Notes: generated by a model from the letters alone, not told the origin. 64,000 nt of DNA from Candidatus Bathyarchaeum tardum (GCA_024650005.2 CP122380.1:160001-224000); one strand, 5' to 3'. Counted from the stretch's first letter, positions 30,092-41,102 are shown. Translations and numbers: made by a program.

Positions 30092-30917
30092 CCCAACAAA
30101 AGAAAGAATATTTTTCTTTGCCCTTGGCGTTCCAGTGGTGATTTGTTTACTGGCATTCTTCTGGATTGCTGCCGCTCTTTTAACTGGAGTTGGGACCCTA
30201 AATCTGGAACTGATAACAACAAGTGCCCTTAGAGGTGGACTTTTTGAAATGATTGTAGGAACTGTGTACCTTTTCATAGGTGCAACCGCAATTGCAGGTC
30301 CAATAGGAGTTTTTGCCGCAATTTACCTTGTAGAGTACGCACCCGCTGGGAAGGCCACTCGCATCATTGATCAAGCAATTAACAACTTAGCTGGTGTACC
30401 CTCCATAATCATCGGTTTGTTTGGGTATACCTTGTTTAGTCGCCAACTTGGGTTTGGTATTTCTCTTCTATCTGGATGGCTGACCCTTTCTTTGATGATT
30501 CTTCCAATCGTAATACGGGGTTCAGAAGAAGCCATCCGTATCGTTCCTACTTCATTCAAACAAGCTGCGTTAGCGCTAGGGGCAACAAAATGGAAATCCA
30601 TCAGTCTAACAACTTTGATTGCTGCTGCCCCTGGTGTAGTAACAAGTTTAATTTTGGGCATTGCTCGTGTCGCAGGAGAGACAGCTGCAATACTGTTTAC
30701 TTCTTCCGTATTGATAACCAGGGGCTTACCTAGTTCGCCGTTTGAGCCTGTGATGACGCTTTCTTTTAATATGTATGTTAAAATTGTTGCACAGGGAGAA
30801 TCTCCAGACAGCGTTTTTGGAATTGCTTTGATTCTCTTCTTTATTGTTCTTTCTTTCTCGCTTGTAGCAATAATACTACGAGTATACTACAGGAGGAAAC
30901 AACCATGGCTAGATTAA
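30084..30917 (+). CDS. pstA: Phosphate ABC transporter permease
   Basis: [13 protein letters not shown] and ARVAGETAA motifs. Confidence 0.95.
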   Translation: MGSPTKERIFFFALGVPVVICLLAFFWIAAALLTGVGTLNLELITTSALRGGLFEMIVGTVYLFIGATAIAGPIGVFAAIYLVEYAPAGKATRIIDQAINNLAGVPSIIIGLFGYTLFSRQLGFGISLLSGWLTLSLMILPIVIRGSEEAIRIVPTSFKQAALALGATKWKSISLTTLIAAAPGVVTSLILGIARVAGETAAILFTSSVLITRGLPSSPFEPVMTLSFNMYVKIVAQGESPDSVFGIALILFFIVLSFSLVAIILRVYYRRKQPWLD

Positions 30918-30939
30918 ACAAAAAACAGGTGATTATTCT

Positions 30940-31701
30940 TTGAGTCACGAAGACAAAATAGACATTAAACAACTAAATCTTTGGTTCGGAGAAAAACACG
31001 TCATCCGAGGTGTTGATCTGAAAATAAAAGCAAACACAGTAACCGCTATTATGGGTCCATCAGGATGCGGAAAATCAACAATGCTCCGAGCCATCAACAG
31101 GATGAACGACGTTATCAAATCTTGTAAAGTAACTGGGGACATTTTCATCAATGGAAAAAATGCCTATGGAGATAATACCAACGTTTACGACCTAAGACGC
31201 CAAGTTGGAATGGTTTTCCAACGACCAAACCCACTCCCTAAGTCAATATACGAAAATGTTGCTTTTGGTCCAAAAATCCATAAAATGGCAAAAGGTAAAG
31301 AACTTGACAAAATTGTAGAAAAAAGTTTGCGCGCAGCAGTATTATGGGACGAAGTTCAAGATCGTCTAAATGACAGTGCTTTTGACCTTTCTGGTGGACA
31401 ACAACAACGTTTGTGTATTGCCCGTGCATTGGCAGTAGATCCAGAAATCATTCTCATGGATGAACCTTGTAGCGCCTTAGACCCTGCAGCAACAGCTAAA
31501 ATTGAGCAACTAATAAGAATCTTATCCAACGATTATACTGTTGTGATCGTTACTCACAACATGCAGCAAGCTTCGCGAGTTTCTGACTATACGGTGTTCT
31601 TGTATCTGGGGAAAATAATCGAGGAAGGCGCAACAAAAGGCATCTTTGAGAACCCGAAACACGAGTTAACTGAACAGTATATTACTGGAGAATTTGGTTA
31701 G
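30940..31701 (+). CDS. pstB: Phosphate ABC transporter ATPase
   Basis: [32 protein letters not shown] and YITGEFG motifs. Confidence 0.97.
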   Translation: MSHEDKIDIKQLNLWFGEKHVIRGVDLKIKANTVTAIMGPSGCGKSTMLRAINRMNDVIKSCKVTGDIFINGKNAYGDNTNVYDLRRQVGMVFQRPNPLPKSIYENVAFGPKIHKMAKGKELDKIVEKSLRAAVLWDEVQDRLNDSAFDLSGGQQQRLCIARALAVDPEIILMDEPCSALDPAATAKIEQLIRILSNDYTVVIVTHNMQQASRVSDYTVFLYLGKIIEEGATKGIFENPKHELTEQYITGEFG

Positions 31702-31711
31702 GTGAATAAAA

Positions 31712-32353
31712 TTGAAAAGATTAATTGACGCAGGATTAGAACAGTTAGCAGGAATGCTTTTTCATATGGGAGAGCTTGCCCAAAAAACTGTTTCCTTATC
31801 GATAATGAATTACATAGATGGTACTCACGCTCCCGAACAGGTGAAAAGTCTTTCCGACACATTGTCTTCTATGTCAGAGCCAATTGAAGATATGGTTTTC
31901 GAAATCATGTCCCGATTTCAACCTGTTGCTTCTGATCTTCGAATTCTAAGATCATACATGAAAATCTGTTATGATTTCCGACGTTACGGACGATACGCTC
32001 TTGATATCTCCAAAATCTACGAACGTATCCGTGAAGCAGGACATTGTGACCCATCCTTACACAAAACCATTGAAAAAATGGGGATAGAAACTCTGGAAAT
32101 GGTCGGAACAAGCATAGAAGCCCTAAGAAATCACGATGCAGAACTTGCAAAAACCTTGACTAAACGGGAAAAATGTGTTGACAAACTCTATTACAGCTAT
32201 CTTGACAAACTGATTGAGACAAAAACCACGACCGGCTGTACTATCTCAAGTTTGCTTGTTGTTCGGTACCTTGAAAGAATAGCTGACCATGCGACCTACA
32301 TTGGTGAGTCGATTGTCTATCTTGCAACTGGAGAAAAAACTAGATTAAGATAA
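31712..32353 (+). CDS. phoU: Phosphate signalling protein PhoU
   Basis: FQPVASDLR and YLERIADHA motifs. Confidence 0.93.
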   Translation: MKRLIDAGLEQLAGMLFHMGELAQKTVSLSIMNYIDGTHAPEQVKSLSDTLSSMSEPIEDMVFEIMSRFQPVASDLRILRSYMKICYDFRRYGRYALDISKIYERIREAGHCDPSLHKTIEKMGIETLEMVGTSIEALRNHDAELAKTLTKREKCVDKLYYSYLDKLIETKTTTGCTISSLLVVRYLERIADHATYIGESIVYLATGEKTRLR

Positions 32354-32380
32354 AATAAAAATTGGAAAGGAGGGAAAAAA

Positions 32381-33049
32381 ATGGCTAAGAAAAGTTATGC
32401 TTGGTTTGAAAGAAGCCGCAGAACAAAACTGTTAGATTTAGCTCAAGAACAGATAACTAAAGCTCTTGATACTGCGAATTTGCTTCATGATGCGATGGAG
32501 AAAATTTCTAAAGCAAAAGTAGCTGAAGCTCGAAAACCGATTGAAAAACTGTTTACGGTAGAAGAAGAAATTGACCACCTTCGAACTGAAGTTTTCAAGG
32601 AACTGTCCAAAGGAGCAGCAATGTTTGCTGACTACAGAGAAGACATACTTCATCTTGTAAAACGCCTTGACACGTTTGCTGACCACGTTAAAGATGCTGC
32701 ACGTTGCATAGTGATGCTTGGAGACTACCCGATTCCTGCTGAATTGTGGAATAAAGTTCTTTACATAACTGCAACTATTGTAGATTGTGCAACTGCCCTT
32801 CGTACGAGTATTGAAAACATATCTCCAAACCCAACTGAAGCTGTCAAAGGCGCAAATAAAGTTGAAGAGATTGAAGCTGGAATTGACAGAGAATATCTTG
32901 CAACCAAATCGTTATTCATTAAATACGGTGACGATGTTAACAGCGGTGCGTTGATAATCTTTGACGACCTGATTGAGTTCCTTGAAGAAGCAGCTGACAT
33001 GTGTGCGGATACCGCAGATTACATAGTTACCCTAGCAAGTTCAGATTAA
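32381..33049 (+). CDS. DUF47 family PhoU-like phosphate transport regulator
   Basis: EEEIDHLR..REDILHL..LDTFADH and LEEAADMCAD motifs. Confidence 0.85.
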   Translation: MAKKSYAWFERSRRTKLLDLAQEQITKALDTANLLHDAMEKISKAKVAEARKPIEKLFTVEEEIDHLRTEVFKELSKGAAMFADYREDILHLVKRLDTFADHVKDAARCIVMLGDYPIPAELWNKVLYITATIVDCATALRTSIENISPNPTEAVKGANKVEEIEAGIDREYLATKSLFIKYGDDVNSGALIIFDDLIEFLEEAADMCADTADYIVTLASSD

Positions 33050-33058
33050 ACTGAACTC

Positions 33059-33080
33059 AAGGGAACCAAATCCCTTTTTT
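33059..33080 (+). terminator. Hairpin plus T-tract after the pst operon
   Basis: AAGGGA-ACCAAA-TCCCTT followed by TTTT. Confidence 0.55.
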
Positions 33081-33606
33081 ATTCTTTATTTTGATTTTCT
33101 CAAGGTGTATATGTCTCAATATATTATTTAGGGTTCTATATAGTATTTGGATAACGTGAATATGCTGTCTTGCCATTCTATAAGTTGTGGTTAAAGTGGT
33201 AAAAGTAAAAAACAAGAAAACAAAAAAATTTAACCCAAAACCGAGTGAACCTTGGTACTTTCCTCATGTCTGAAAACAAGTGGGATTAAATTTAATGTTA
33301 ACTTGACTTTTGGGGTGAATTTGATGAGTTTTGAAGATGTGGAACTTCTAAAAAACAGCTTTACGTTGTATGCTGTTCCAGTAAAGCCTTTTGTTGCATC
33401 AAAAACTCTTTAGTAGTTCAAAAAAGAAACACAACCTACGCGCGTGTAGTTGTAAATGTTCCTTATGGTGCAAAATATCATTTCAAAATGTTGTTATTAT
33501 CGGTGTTTTCAAAACTGAAGAATATACATAGATGAATTTCTAGAAACAATATATATAAATAAATTCTTAACTCAAATGTGGTATACTTTATCCTGTGGGC
33601 TGTTAA

Positions 33607-34071
33607 TTGTCTGAAACAACTTTGCGTGTATCCAAAATCAAGGACGGTACCGTGATAGATCACATCACTGCCGGTCATGCTTTGGAGGTTCTAAAAATTT
33701 TGGGAATCACGGACCCTGTCAAAAGTGTTGTAACTGTTGGCATTAATGTTCCTAGCAAAACCTTTGGTTTGAAAGACATGGTGAAAATTGAAGGCAGAGA
33801 ACTCAAAGCCCACGAAGTCGACAAAATCGCTTTGTTGGCTCCCCATGCAAGCATCAACATTATCAGAAACTACAAAGTTGTAGACAAACAACTAGTAAAA
33901 CTGCCCAATATAATACGGGAAACCGTCAAATGCACAAACCCTGCATGCATTTCAAATAGTAACGAACCCGTCAAATCAACGTTTTATGTGGACAACGAAG
34001 AACCTTTGTGCCTAAGATGCCATTACTGCGGTTACATAATGGAACGCCAAGACATCCCTAAACAGTTCTAA
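33607..34071 (+). CDS. pyrI: Aspartate carbamoyltransferase regulatory subunit
   Basis: IKDGTVIDHI, CTNPACIS and RCHYC Zn motifs. Confidence 0.97.
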   Translation: MSETTLRVSKIKDGTVIDHITAGHALEVLKILGITDPVKSVVTVGINVPSKTFGLKDMVKIEGRELKAHEVDKIALLAPHASINIIRNYKVVDKQLVKLPNIIRETVKCTNPACISNSNEPVKSTFYVDNEEPLCLRCHYCGYIMERQDIPKQF

Positions 34072-34162
34072 AACCTATTTGATGTCGTTAAACATCTGGT
34101 TTTAGTTGATTTTCGATTCATAACTGTTATGAACCAAAATATGGTGTCTCTATTGTGGTTCA

Positions 34163-34633
34163 ATGACGATTTCTACAAAAGAAGAGTTGCAGTTTCTGCT
34201 TCATCGGGCATTAGAAATCGAAAAAGATTTTGAATCAATTTCTGTTTGGAAATGCTTTGTTTGTATAGGTTCAAAGTATCGACCTACTGTTCTTACGTTG
34301 GCGCGAGACTCTCATAATCATAGGCTTGATTTGGAAAAATTGTTGAAAACCCTTAACTTGGATCCCCCTACTGATGAGATTCCTGAAGGATCCTTCAATT
34401 TTGAAGGCATGCTGGACAATGAAATCCTTCAAAAAATTGTTGAAAACGACCAGATAGTTGCTGACTTGTATGCTGAAGTGGCGAAAAAAACTGATCCTAA
34501 GCTTGTGGCGGCGTTGTTGGGTGATGAAAATGTATCCATTTTCTATGATTTGCTGAAGTGCCTGGTTGAGGATGAAAATAGGCACGTTAACATGGTAAAG
34601 TCTGTCACTGGCGATATTGTTCGTGTTCAATGA
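34163..34633 (+). CDS. Ferritin-like domain protein
   Basis: Four-helix bundle pattern ALEIE...DSHNH...EDENRH. Confidence 0.65.
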   Translation: MTISTKEELQFLLHRALEIEKDFESISVWKCFVCIGSKYRPTVLTLARDSHNHRLDLEKLLKTLNLDPPTDEIPEGSFNFEGMLDNEILQKIVENDQIVADLYAEVAKKTDPKLVAALLGDENVSIFYDLLKCLVEDENRHVNMVKSVTGDIVRVQ

Positions 34634-34659
34634 GTTTTGTTGATTATATCAACGTTTTT

Positions 34660-34713
34660 ATTACTAAACAGTAATGTTTATATCTTTTATAATGGTTGTT
34701 ACTTGTAGGTAAT
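34660..34713. promoter_or_regulatory. Two TTAC-N6-GTAA palindromes upstream of the wHTH-hsp20 pair
   Basis: ATTACTAAACAGTAAT (34660-34675) and GTTACTTGTAGGTAAT (34698-34713) flank TTTATAT/TTTTATAA. Confidence 0.45.
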
Positions 34714-34728
34714 ATAGGACGAGGTTGT

Positions 34729-35139
34729 ATGACATTAAAACTCCAGCTAGTGCGTGACGGAAAAATAGTTCTAGAAGTTCCCTTATCGCTGATGGACTGG
34801 CCAAAAGAACAACTTGAAACAGAATTCGAAGCTTTCGAAGATGATTTTGAGCGCTTCTCCAGTATGTTTGATGCCTTATCCAATCAAACTCGCCTACGGA
34901 TGATGCGCCGATTAGTTCAAGACGAAAACATTACCATGAATTTTGCTGGTTTCATGAAAGATCTGGATTTGAATCCAAAAACTGTCTGGGAAAACTCAAG
35001 AAAATTAAGTGACGGCGGATTTTTAACAAAAACCGGACGAGGAACATATAGCTGCTCTGAATTTGGACAAACAACTTTTCTTACTTTAAGCCTCGCCTTA
35101 CGTCGCCTGTTAGAATCGTTAAATGAAGAAAATGTTTAG
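34729..35139 (+). CDS. ArsR-like winged-helix regulator upstream of hsp20
   Basis: FDALSNQTRLRMMRRL...LNPKTVWENSRKLSDGGFL...GTYS; SD GAGGT before ATG 34729. Confidence 0.75.
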   Translation: MTLKLQLVRDGKIVLEVPLSLMDWPKEQLETEFEAFEDDFERFSSMFDALSNQTRLRMMRRLVQDENITMNFAGFMKDLDLNPKTVWENSRKLSDGGFLTKTGRGTYSCSEFGQTTFLTLSLALRRLLESLNEENV

Positions 35140-35153
35140 GAGGTGAAAGACAC

Positions 35154-35753
35154 TTGACAGAAGATAATCGATGGTCAAAATGGTTTAACCAAAAGATGCC
35201 TTTCTTTGAAGAGGACTTTTTGGGCATAAACGAAACCTTCAAACAAATGGAAGAAGCAATCGCAAAAGAATTTGAAGAATTATCCAAACGTGCACCCACT
35301 GATTTACAACACGAAGAAACCCTGCCTGACGGAACCAAAGTACAAAGTTATGGTCCCTTCGTCTACGGATACAGCGTAACAGTAGGTCCCGACGGAAAAC
35401 CCAACGTGAAAGAGTTTGGAAACTTCAAAGCAGGAACCCAACTAGGAAAACCTCACATGGACATCAAAGAAAAACGTGAACCTTTAACTGATATCATAGA
35501 TGCTAACGAAAACGTTCGGATCATAATTGAACTGCCTGGTGTCGAAAAAGACGACATCAAACTAGCCGGAACCGACAACAAACTAACAATTTCAGTTGAC
35601 ACTGCCAAACACAAATACTACAAAGAAATCGAAATGCCCTCCAAAATCGACGCCAAAAAAGCCAAATCAAACTACAAAAACGGCGTATTAGACATAACAG
35701 TTCCCAAAAAGAAACCAGAAAAGACCAAAAGCCAACCTATAAAGATAGACTAA
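35154..35753 (+). CDS. hsp20: Archaeal small heat shock protein Hsp20
   Basis: GPFVYGYSVTVGPDGKP, ELPGVEK, YKNGVLDI and C-terminal IKI motif. Confidence 0.95.
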   Translation: MTEDNRWSKWFNQKMPFFEEDFLGINETFKQMEEAIAKEFEELSKRAPTDLQHEETLPDGTKVQSYGPFVYGYSVTVGPDGKPNVKEFGNFKAGTQLGKPHMDIKEKREPLTDIIDANENVRIIIELPGVEKDDIKLAGTDNKLTISVDTAKHKYYKEIEMPSKIDAKKAKSNYKNGVLDITVPKKKPEKTKSQPIKID

Positions 35754-35963
35754 ACTATCCTCTTTTTTTATTTCCATTTTTCCTTTTTTAGCATGTCTAG
35801 GATATTATTATAATATCAATTCAATTTTTGCACACCAAAAACGTATCTACCTGTTGAAAATGCCATAAATCAAGAAAAACAGTTATTCAAAAGTAGATAC
35901 CTTTAAATCATGACGTCAAAACCTATAAACGATACAAAAGTAAAGTTTACGAGAGGATTAGTA

Positions 35964-36191
35964 ATGAGCGAAATGGCCACAAAAATCCTGGAAGAAAGCC
36001 TCGGCAAAATAGTTCTAGTACGTCTACGAGGCGGAAAGAAACTAAGAGGCAGACTCAAAGGCTTCGATCAGCACCTCAATTTGGTGTTAGATGAAACAGA
36101 CGACACAACAGATGTAGAAAACGTGAAAAAACTCGGCGCCATAATTGTCCGTGGCGACAATGTGGTAATAATCTCTCCTCCCCCAAGGTGA
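35964..36191 (+). CDS. Sm-like (Lsm/SmAP1) RNA-binding protein
   Basis: GRLKGFDQHLNLVL and IVRGDNVV motifs; upstream of rpl37e. Confidence 0.95.
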   Translation: MSEMATKILEESLGKIVLVRLRGGKKLRGRLKGFDQHLNLVLDETDDTTDVENVKKLGAIIVRGDNVVIISPPPR

Positions 36192-36197
36192 TAACAA

Positions 36198-36413
36198 ATG
36201 GGAAAAACCGGTAAAGGAACATCATCCATGGGTCGACGTGCCCATAAAACCGTGCACATCAAATGCAGACGATGCGGCAGAAGAGCATATGGAGTAAAAA
36301 CCAAATGCTGTGCAGCATGTGGATACGGAAGAACCACCAAAATACGCAGATATGCATGGCAGACAAAGACCGTCAACGGCGCACGGCTTGTCAAAATTAG
36401 GCAGTCTGCCTAA
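36198..36413 (+). CDS. rpl37e: 50S ribosomal protein L37e
   Basis: GKGTSSMG..HIKCRRCG..CAACGYG. Confidence 0.96.
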   Translation: MGKTGKGTSSMGRRAHKTVHIKCRRCGRRAYGVKTKCCAACGYGRTTKIRRYAWQTKTVNGARLVKIRQSA

Positions 36414-36480
36414 TATCAACCTTTTTGTCTATGCACTTTAGATAACACTTTTTAGTTTATTTTTTTCACACTTCTGTGCG

Positions 36481-36528
36481 ACATATATGTATACTACTAA
36501 CAGACCTATTTTGAAAACTACCTTTTTT
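36481..36528 (-). repeat. Dispersed ~47-bp intergenic repeat, copy B
   Basis: Minus strand AAAAAAGGTAGTTTTCAAAATAGGTCTGTTAGTAGTATACATATATGT. Confidence 0.5.
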
Positions 36529-36644
36529 GTGAATTTTTTTCTCACAGCACAACTGTTGTGCCAAAAGTTTACACGAAAATTATACTATTAAAAAATGAAA
36601 AAAAGAAAAAGATAGGTGAAGAAGTTTTCACTTCTTCGTGTTGT

Positions 36645-38555
36645 TTAACCTTCTGCGACTGCTTGTTTTGCGGCTTCTACTGAAGATTTGTCTTCGATTG
36701 TAGATAGGTCGCCGACTTCTTTTCCTGCTACGATTGCTTTGAGAACTCGTCGCATGATTTTACCGCTTCGAGTCTTGGGCAATTTAGTTACGAAGTAGGT
36801 CTTTTCAGGAGTAGCGAGAGGTCCTACTGTTTTGCGGACGTGAGCTTTGATTTCTTTTTCTAGCTCTGGGCTTCCGGTGAGTCCTTCTGATAGGACAGCA
36901 AAGACAATGATTGATTCGCCTTTGATTTCGTGGGGTTTGCTTGCGACTGCGGCTTCTGTTACTGATGGGTGTTCAACAATTGCGCTTTCGATTTCGGCAG
37001 TTCCAAGTCTGTGACCTGCGACTTTGAGGACTTCATCTGATCGGCCAAGGAGCCAGAGATATCCGTCTTCATCTTTCATACAGTAGTCGCCAGGGAAGTA
37101 ACAACCTGGGAATCGTGACCAGTAGGTAGATTTGAAGCGTTCTGGGTCTTTGTATACTGTCATGGTCATTCCTGGCCATGGTTTCCTGATTACGATGTAG
37201 CCTCTTACGTTTGGTTTTACTGAGTTTCCATCTTCATCTACTACGTCAGCCTCGATTCCTGGAAGAGCGTATGATGCAGATCCTGGTTTCATTGGAATCT
37301 CTCCAATTCCTGGAGCTCCTGAGACCATGAATCCACCGGTTTCAGTTTGCCACCAAGTGTCAACGATTGGGCATCGTCCGCCGCCTATGTTATTGAAGTA
37401 CCAAATCCATGCTTCTGGGTTGATAGGTTCACCGACACTTCCAAGGAGCTCTAGGCTACTTAAGTCGTGGTTTTTTACAAACTTTATGTCCATTCCCATG
37501 AACATACGAATGGCAGTTGGGGACGTGTAAAGGACATTGACCTTGTAGTCTTCAATGATTTCCCACCAGCGGTCTGCAGTTGGGAAGTCGGGGGCTCCTT
37601 CATACATGACGATGGATGCGCCGTTCATCAAAGGTGCATACACAATGAAGCTGTGACCAGTAATCCATCCGATGTCTGCGTTGCACCAGTAGACACTGTC
37701 TTCACGTAGGGGGAAGACTTTGTTGAATACAGAGTTAATGTAAACCATGTATCCACCAGTGCTGTGGACGATACCTTTTGGTTTACCCGTGGTTCCAGAG
37801 GTGTACAAAATGAACATTGGGTGAGTGCTTTCAACTGGAACTGGTGCGATGACTTCTTGTGTTTTCACAACTTTGTCGTGATACCACATGTCACGTCCTT
37901 CTTGCATGTTGATGTCATGACCAGTTCGTTTTACAACAAGAACTTGTTCAACTGATGGAGCCAGTTTACATGCTTCGTCAACAATGCCTTTTAGTTCAAT
38001 AATTTTACCCCGTCGATAACAGCCGTCTGAAGTAATTACTAATTTAGCTTCAGTGTCGTTAATCCTGTCTGCAAGAGCCTGTGAGCTGAATCCAGAGAAG
38101 ACGATGGTATGAATTGCACCCAGTCTGATACATGCCAGCATCATGATTGGTAGTTCAGTAATCATTGGTAAGTAAAACGCAATACGGTCGCCTTCTTTTA
38201 CACCCATTGCTTTGAGTGCCGCTGTGGCTTTGTTAACTTCTCGTTGGAGCTGGAGATAAGTCAGGGTCTTTTCTTCGCCTAATTCTCCGATCCAATAAAT
38301 GGCTGCTTTATTTTTTCTGTCAGTTTTTACATGCCTGTCTACACACAAGTATGAGGCATTTAGTTTACCCCCTGAGAACCATTTTGCAAAAGGAAGGTTC
38401 CATTCGAGCACTTGATCCCAAGTCTTGAACCAGTCAATTTTTCTTGCTTCTTGTTCCCAGTATTCTTCAATATTTTCCAACGATTTTTTGTGTACGTCTA
38501 AATACCTTTTCATTGGCCAATATTTTTTCGATTCAGCTGGTGTTTCTGTTGTCAT
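36645..38555 (-). CDS. acs: Acetyl-CoA synthetase (AMP-forming)
   Basis: [21 protein letters not shown] and [11 protein letters not shown] motifs. Confidence 0.97.
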   Translation of the reverse strand: MTTETPAESKKYWPMKRYLDVHKKSLENIEEYWEQEARKIDWFKTWDQVLEWNLPFAKWFSGGKLNASYLCVDRHVKTDRKNKAAIYWIGELGEEKTLTYLQLQREVNKATAALKAMGVKEGDRIAFYLPMITELPIMMLACIRLGAIHTIVFSGFSSQALADRINDTEAKLVITSDGCYRRGKIIELKGIVDEACKLAPSVEQVLVVKRTGHDINMQEGRDMWYHDKVVKTQEVIAPVPVESTHPMFILYTSGTTGKPKGIVHSTGGYMVYINSVFNKVFPLREDSVYWCNADIGWITGHSFIVYAPLMNGASIVMYEGAPDFPTADRWWEIIEDYKVNVLYTSPTAIRMFMGMDIKFVKNHDLSSLELLGSVGEPINPEAWIWYFNNIGGGRCPIVDTWWQTETGGFMVSGAPGIGEIPMKPGSASYALPGIEADVVDEDGNSVKPNVRGYIVIRKPWPGMTMTVYKDPERFKSTYWSRFPGCYFPGDYCMKDEDGYLWLLGRSDEVLKVAGHRLGTAEIESAIVEHPSVTEAAVASKPHEIKGESIIVFAVLSEGLTGSPELEKEIKAHVRKTVGPLATPEKTYFVTKLPKTRSGKIMRRVLKAIVAGKEVGDLSTIEDKSSVEAAKQAVAEG

Positions 38556-38684
38556 ACCATCACCTGTTCAAATATGTTCGAGCGAAAACAAATTATTCCG
38601 GCAATATATCTTTTACGGAGTTAAACAGGAAAAAAAACATTTGATATGTTCACATTCAAAATTTGTTATTTTTTCTTAAAATAG

Positions 38685-38785
38685 TGGCGGACCCGCAGGG
38701 ATTTGAACCCTGGGTCTTCGGCTCCGAAGGCTTGCGCGTCACTTTTGGGTGACTCGACGCCTTATCCAAACTAGGCTACGGGCCC
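38685..38785 (-). tRNA. tRNA-Arg(UCG) with a 23-nt non-canonical intron at position 29/30 (38732-38754); CCA encoded
   Basis: GGGCCCG acceptor, GCCT/AGGC D-stem, anticodon arm TCGGC-CTTCGGA-GCCGA after intron removal, GTTCAAATC T-loop. Confidence 0.9.
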
Positions 38786-39028
38786 ACGTTATTCAAAGAT
38801 GCTATTTAAAGATTAAAGGATAACGGATTTATCTTCTTTAAAGTTTGAGGGCACTAATTTTAGTTCAATTTTTATGTATTTTTCTCTTGAAAAAAGTATA
38901 TATATTGATATATGCCTCCGACATTAGGTGTTGCGAGGAGTGTAATGTATACTTGAACGTCATTCTTTTCAAAACTGATTGTTCTTGTATTAACAGATTC
39001 CTTGTTGGACAAACTTGTGTGATGTAAA

Positions 39029-40483
39029 ATGTCTGTTGTAAAACCTGTAACTTGTCCCATATGCGGCTGTGTATGTGATGATTTGGAAATAACCGTTGAA
39101 GACGGAAAAATAAAGAAAGTAAAAAACGGTTGTGTCCTGTCCATTTCTAAGTTCATGAATTATAACTGTGCACACCGCCTTATGGAACCTATGATTCGAA
39201 AAAATGGGGAACTTGTGCCTGTTTCCCTTGAAGAAGCTGTAGACAAAGCCGCTGAAATTTTGGTAAACGCCAAATATCCAATTTTACACGGTTTTTCTTC
39301 AACAACCTCTGAAGCTATCGTTACCGGAGTAAAACTAACCGAAGAAGTCGGGGGAGTATACGACAACTGTGCAGTAAACTGCCACGGTCCATCCCTGCAG
39401 GGTGTTCAGCACGCTGGTGTTCCTGGTTCTACTTTGGGTCAGGTTAGACACCGTGCAGATTTGATTATTTATTGGGGTGCTAACCCAATGGTTGCCCACC
39501 CAAGACAGTTGTCCAGATACACTGTTGGAACCGAAGGCAAATACGCAAAAAGTGACATTCGCGAACGCTACAACAAGAAAGCAATGAATGAAGAGCAACA
39601 AAAAAGCATGAACGAAGTTTTTGACGACGAATGGGTAATGCAACATTATTCTACTAAATCTGCTGCCATGAATGGCGCTATAGTTGACCCCTTGAAAGTT
39701 AAACGAAAAGTAATTGTTGTAGACGTCAAGAAAACTCCGACAGCTCAAATGGCTGACCAATTCATCAAGATAAAGCCCAACACAGACTTTGAATTATTCC
39801 AAGCCATTCGAGTAATCCTCAAAGGCGGCGACTTAGATGTTGACGAAGTCGCCGGAATTCCCGTTGAGACCCTTGAAGAACTTGTTGATGCTATGATTAG
39901 TTGCAGGTTTGGGGTTCTTTTCTGGGGTCTTGGATTAACAATGAGCCTAGGCAAATACCGAAACACCGAAGCAGCAATCCGGCTAGTACGGGACCTTAAC
40001 CAACGAACCAAATTTGTAATGATGCCAGTTCGCGGCCACTATAACGTTGCAGGCTCAAACGTAGTCGCATGCTGGCTCACTGGTTATCCTCACTCTGTTG
40101 ACATGTCCCTTGGTTATCCACGATACAATCCGGGAGAAACTTCAATAACTGACATTTTAGCCCGGGGAGAAAACGACGCTTCAGTTATCCTTGGTGCTGA
40201 CCCTGTTTCAAATTACCCCAAAAAACTCTGTGAAGCCTTTGTAAACAATCCTTTGATTGTTTTGGACCCTCACAAAAACATTTCAGCTTTAATGGCAGAC
40301 GTAGCAATCCCTGTAGCATTCAGTGGAATCGAAGCCTCAGGCACCGCTTACCGAATGGACAACGTTCCCATTACCCTCAAAAAAGTTGTTGACCCCCCAG
40401 AAGGCATTCTCACCGACAACGAAATCCTAACAATGATTCTCGCCAAAGTCAAAGAACTCAAAGCCAAAAAAGCAAACGCTTAA
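39029..40483 (+). CDS. fwdB: Formylmethanofuran dehydrogenase subunit B (Mo/W-pterin), stand-alone
   Basis: CPICGCVCDD, CHGPS, ADLIIYWGANP..HPR, RGHYNVAG and GTAYRMDNVP motifs. Confidence 0.92.
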   Translation: MSVVKPVTCPICGCVCDDLEITVEDGKIKKVKNGCVLSISKFMNYNCAHRLMEPMIRKNGELVPVSLEEAVDKAAEILVNAKYPILHGFSSTTSEAIVTGVKLTEEVGGVYDNCAVNCHGPSLQGVQHAGVPGSTLGQVRHRADLIIYWGANPMVAHPRQLSRYTVGTEGKYAKSDIRERYNKKAMNEEQQKSMNEVFDDEWVMQHYSTKSAAMNGAIVDPLKVKRKVIVVDVKKTPTAQMADQFIKIKPNTDFELFQAIRVILKGGDLDVDEVAGIPVETLEELVDAMISCRFGVLFWGLGLTMSLGKYRNTEAAIRLVRDLNQRTKFVMMPVRGHYNVAGSNVVACWLTGYPHSVDMSLGYPRYNPGETSITDILARGENDASVILGADPVSNYPKKLCEAFVNNPLIVLDPHKNISALMADVAIPVAFSGIEASGTAYRMDNVPITLKKVVDPPEGILTDNEILTMILAKVKELKAKKANA

Positions 40484-40541
40484 CCTTTTTATTTGCCGTT
40501 CTTTTTTGCGGCAACATTTGTTTTTATTTCTAGCATAGTTA

Positions 40542-41102
40542 ATGTTAAGAGAAAGAAACAACTACTTTTTGTTGATTCACTCTGCATTATTTAATGGGGC
40601 TTGCATTTTGAAACGAACATTAGAATTTTGGCTATCTTTTGTTATCTTGATTTTTGTTGTCGTCTTTTCAGTTGTAGCATATGTCAGTTGGTTTGAGTTG
40701 CTTTTTTTTGTTGGTTCCCTGTTTTTTGTTCACTGGATCGGTTTAGGTGCAACAATTTTCATTGCAGTTTTTGTTCCAATTTATTATGTGCTTAAACGCA
40801 ACAAACCCCGAAAAATAAAAACCCTGCTAAGGATTCACGTTTTTGGAAACCTTTTGGGGTTTTTGCTGGTTTCAGTTCATTTTTCCCAAAACGTCGGTCG
40901 GTTAGCTGGTTTTTATCCCCGGTTAAGTGACGGGTTCGTATTGTTTTTGGTTATGGCTGTAATTGTAGCAACAGGAATGATAGAAAGGTTCGATGGCAAA
41001 CCAAAACTAGCAAAATACACAAAACCGATCCACCGATACACTGTTGCAGTTTTTTATTTGGTTGTCATTGTTCATACTTTGCAAGGTTTTAACCTAATCT
41101 AA
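40542..41102 (+). CDS. Membrane protein with four TM histidines, cytochrome b / ferric-reductase-like; start possibly TTG 40608
   Basis: RIHVFGNLLGFLLVSVHF and IHRYTVAVFYLVVIVHT His pairs within TM helices. Confidence 0.6.
   Translation: MLRERNNYFLLIHSALFNGACILKRTLEFWLSFVILIFVVVFSVVAYVSWFELLFFVGSLFFVHWIGLGATIFIAVFVPIYYVLKRNKPRKIKTLLRIHVFGNLLGFLLVSVHFSQNVGRLAGFYPRLSDGFVLFLVMAVIVATGMIERFDGKPKLAKYTKPIHRYTVAVFYLVVIVHTLQGFNLI

Noticed and set aside
33324-33413. 29-aa ORF MSFEDVELLKNSFTLYAVPVKPFVASKTL with SD GGGGTGA
   Set aside because: It could be a gene remnant, but there is no motif to support a call
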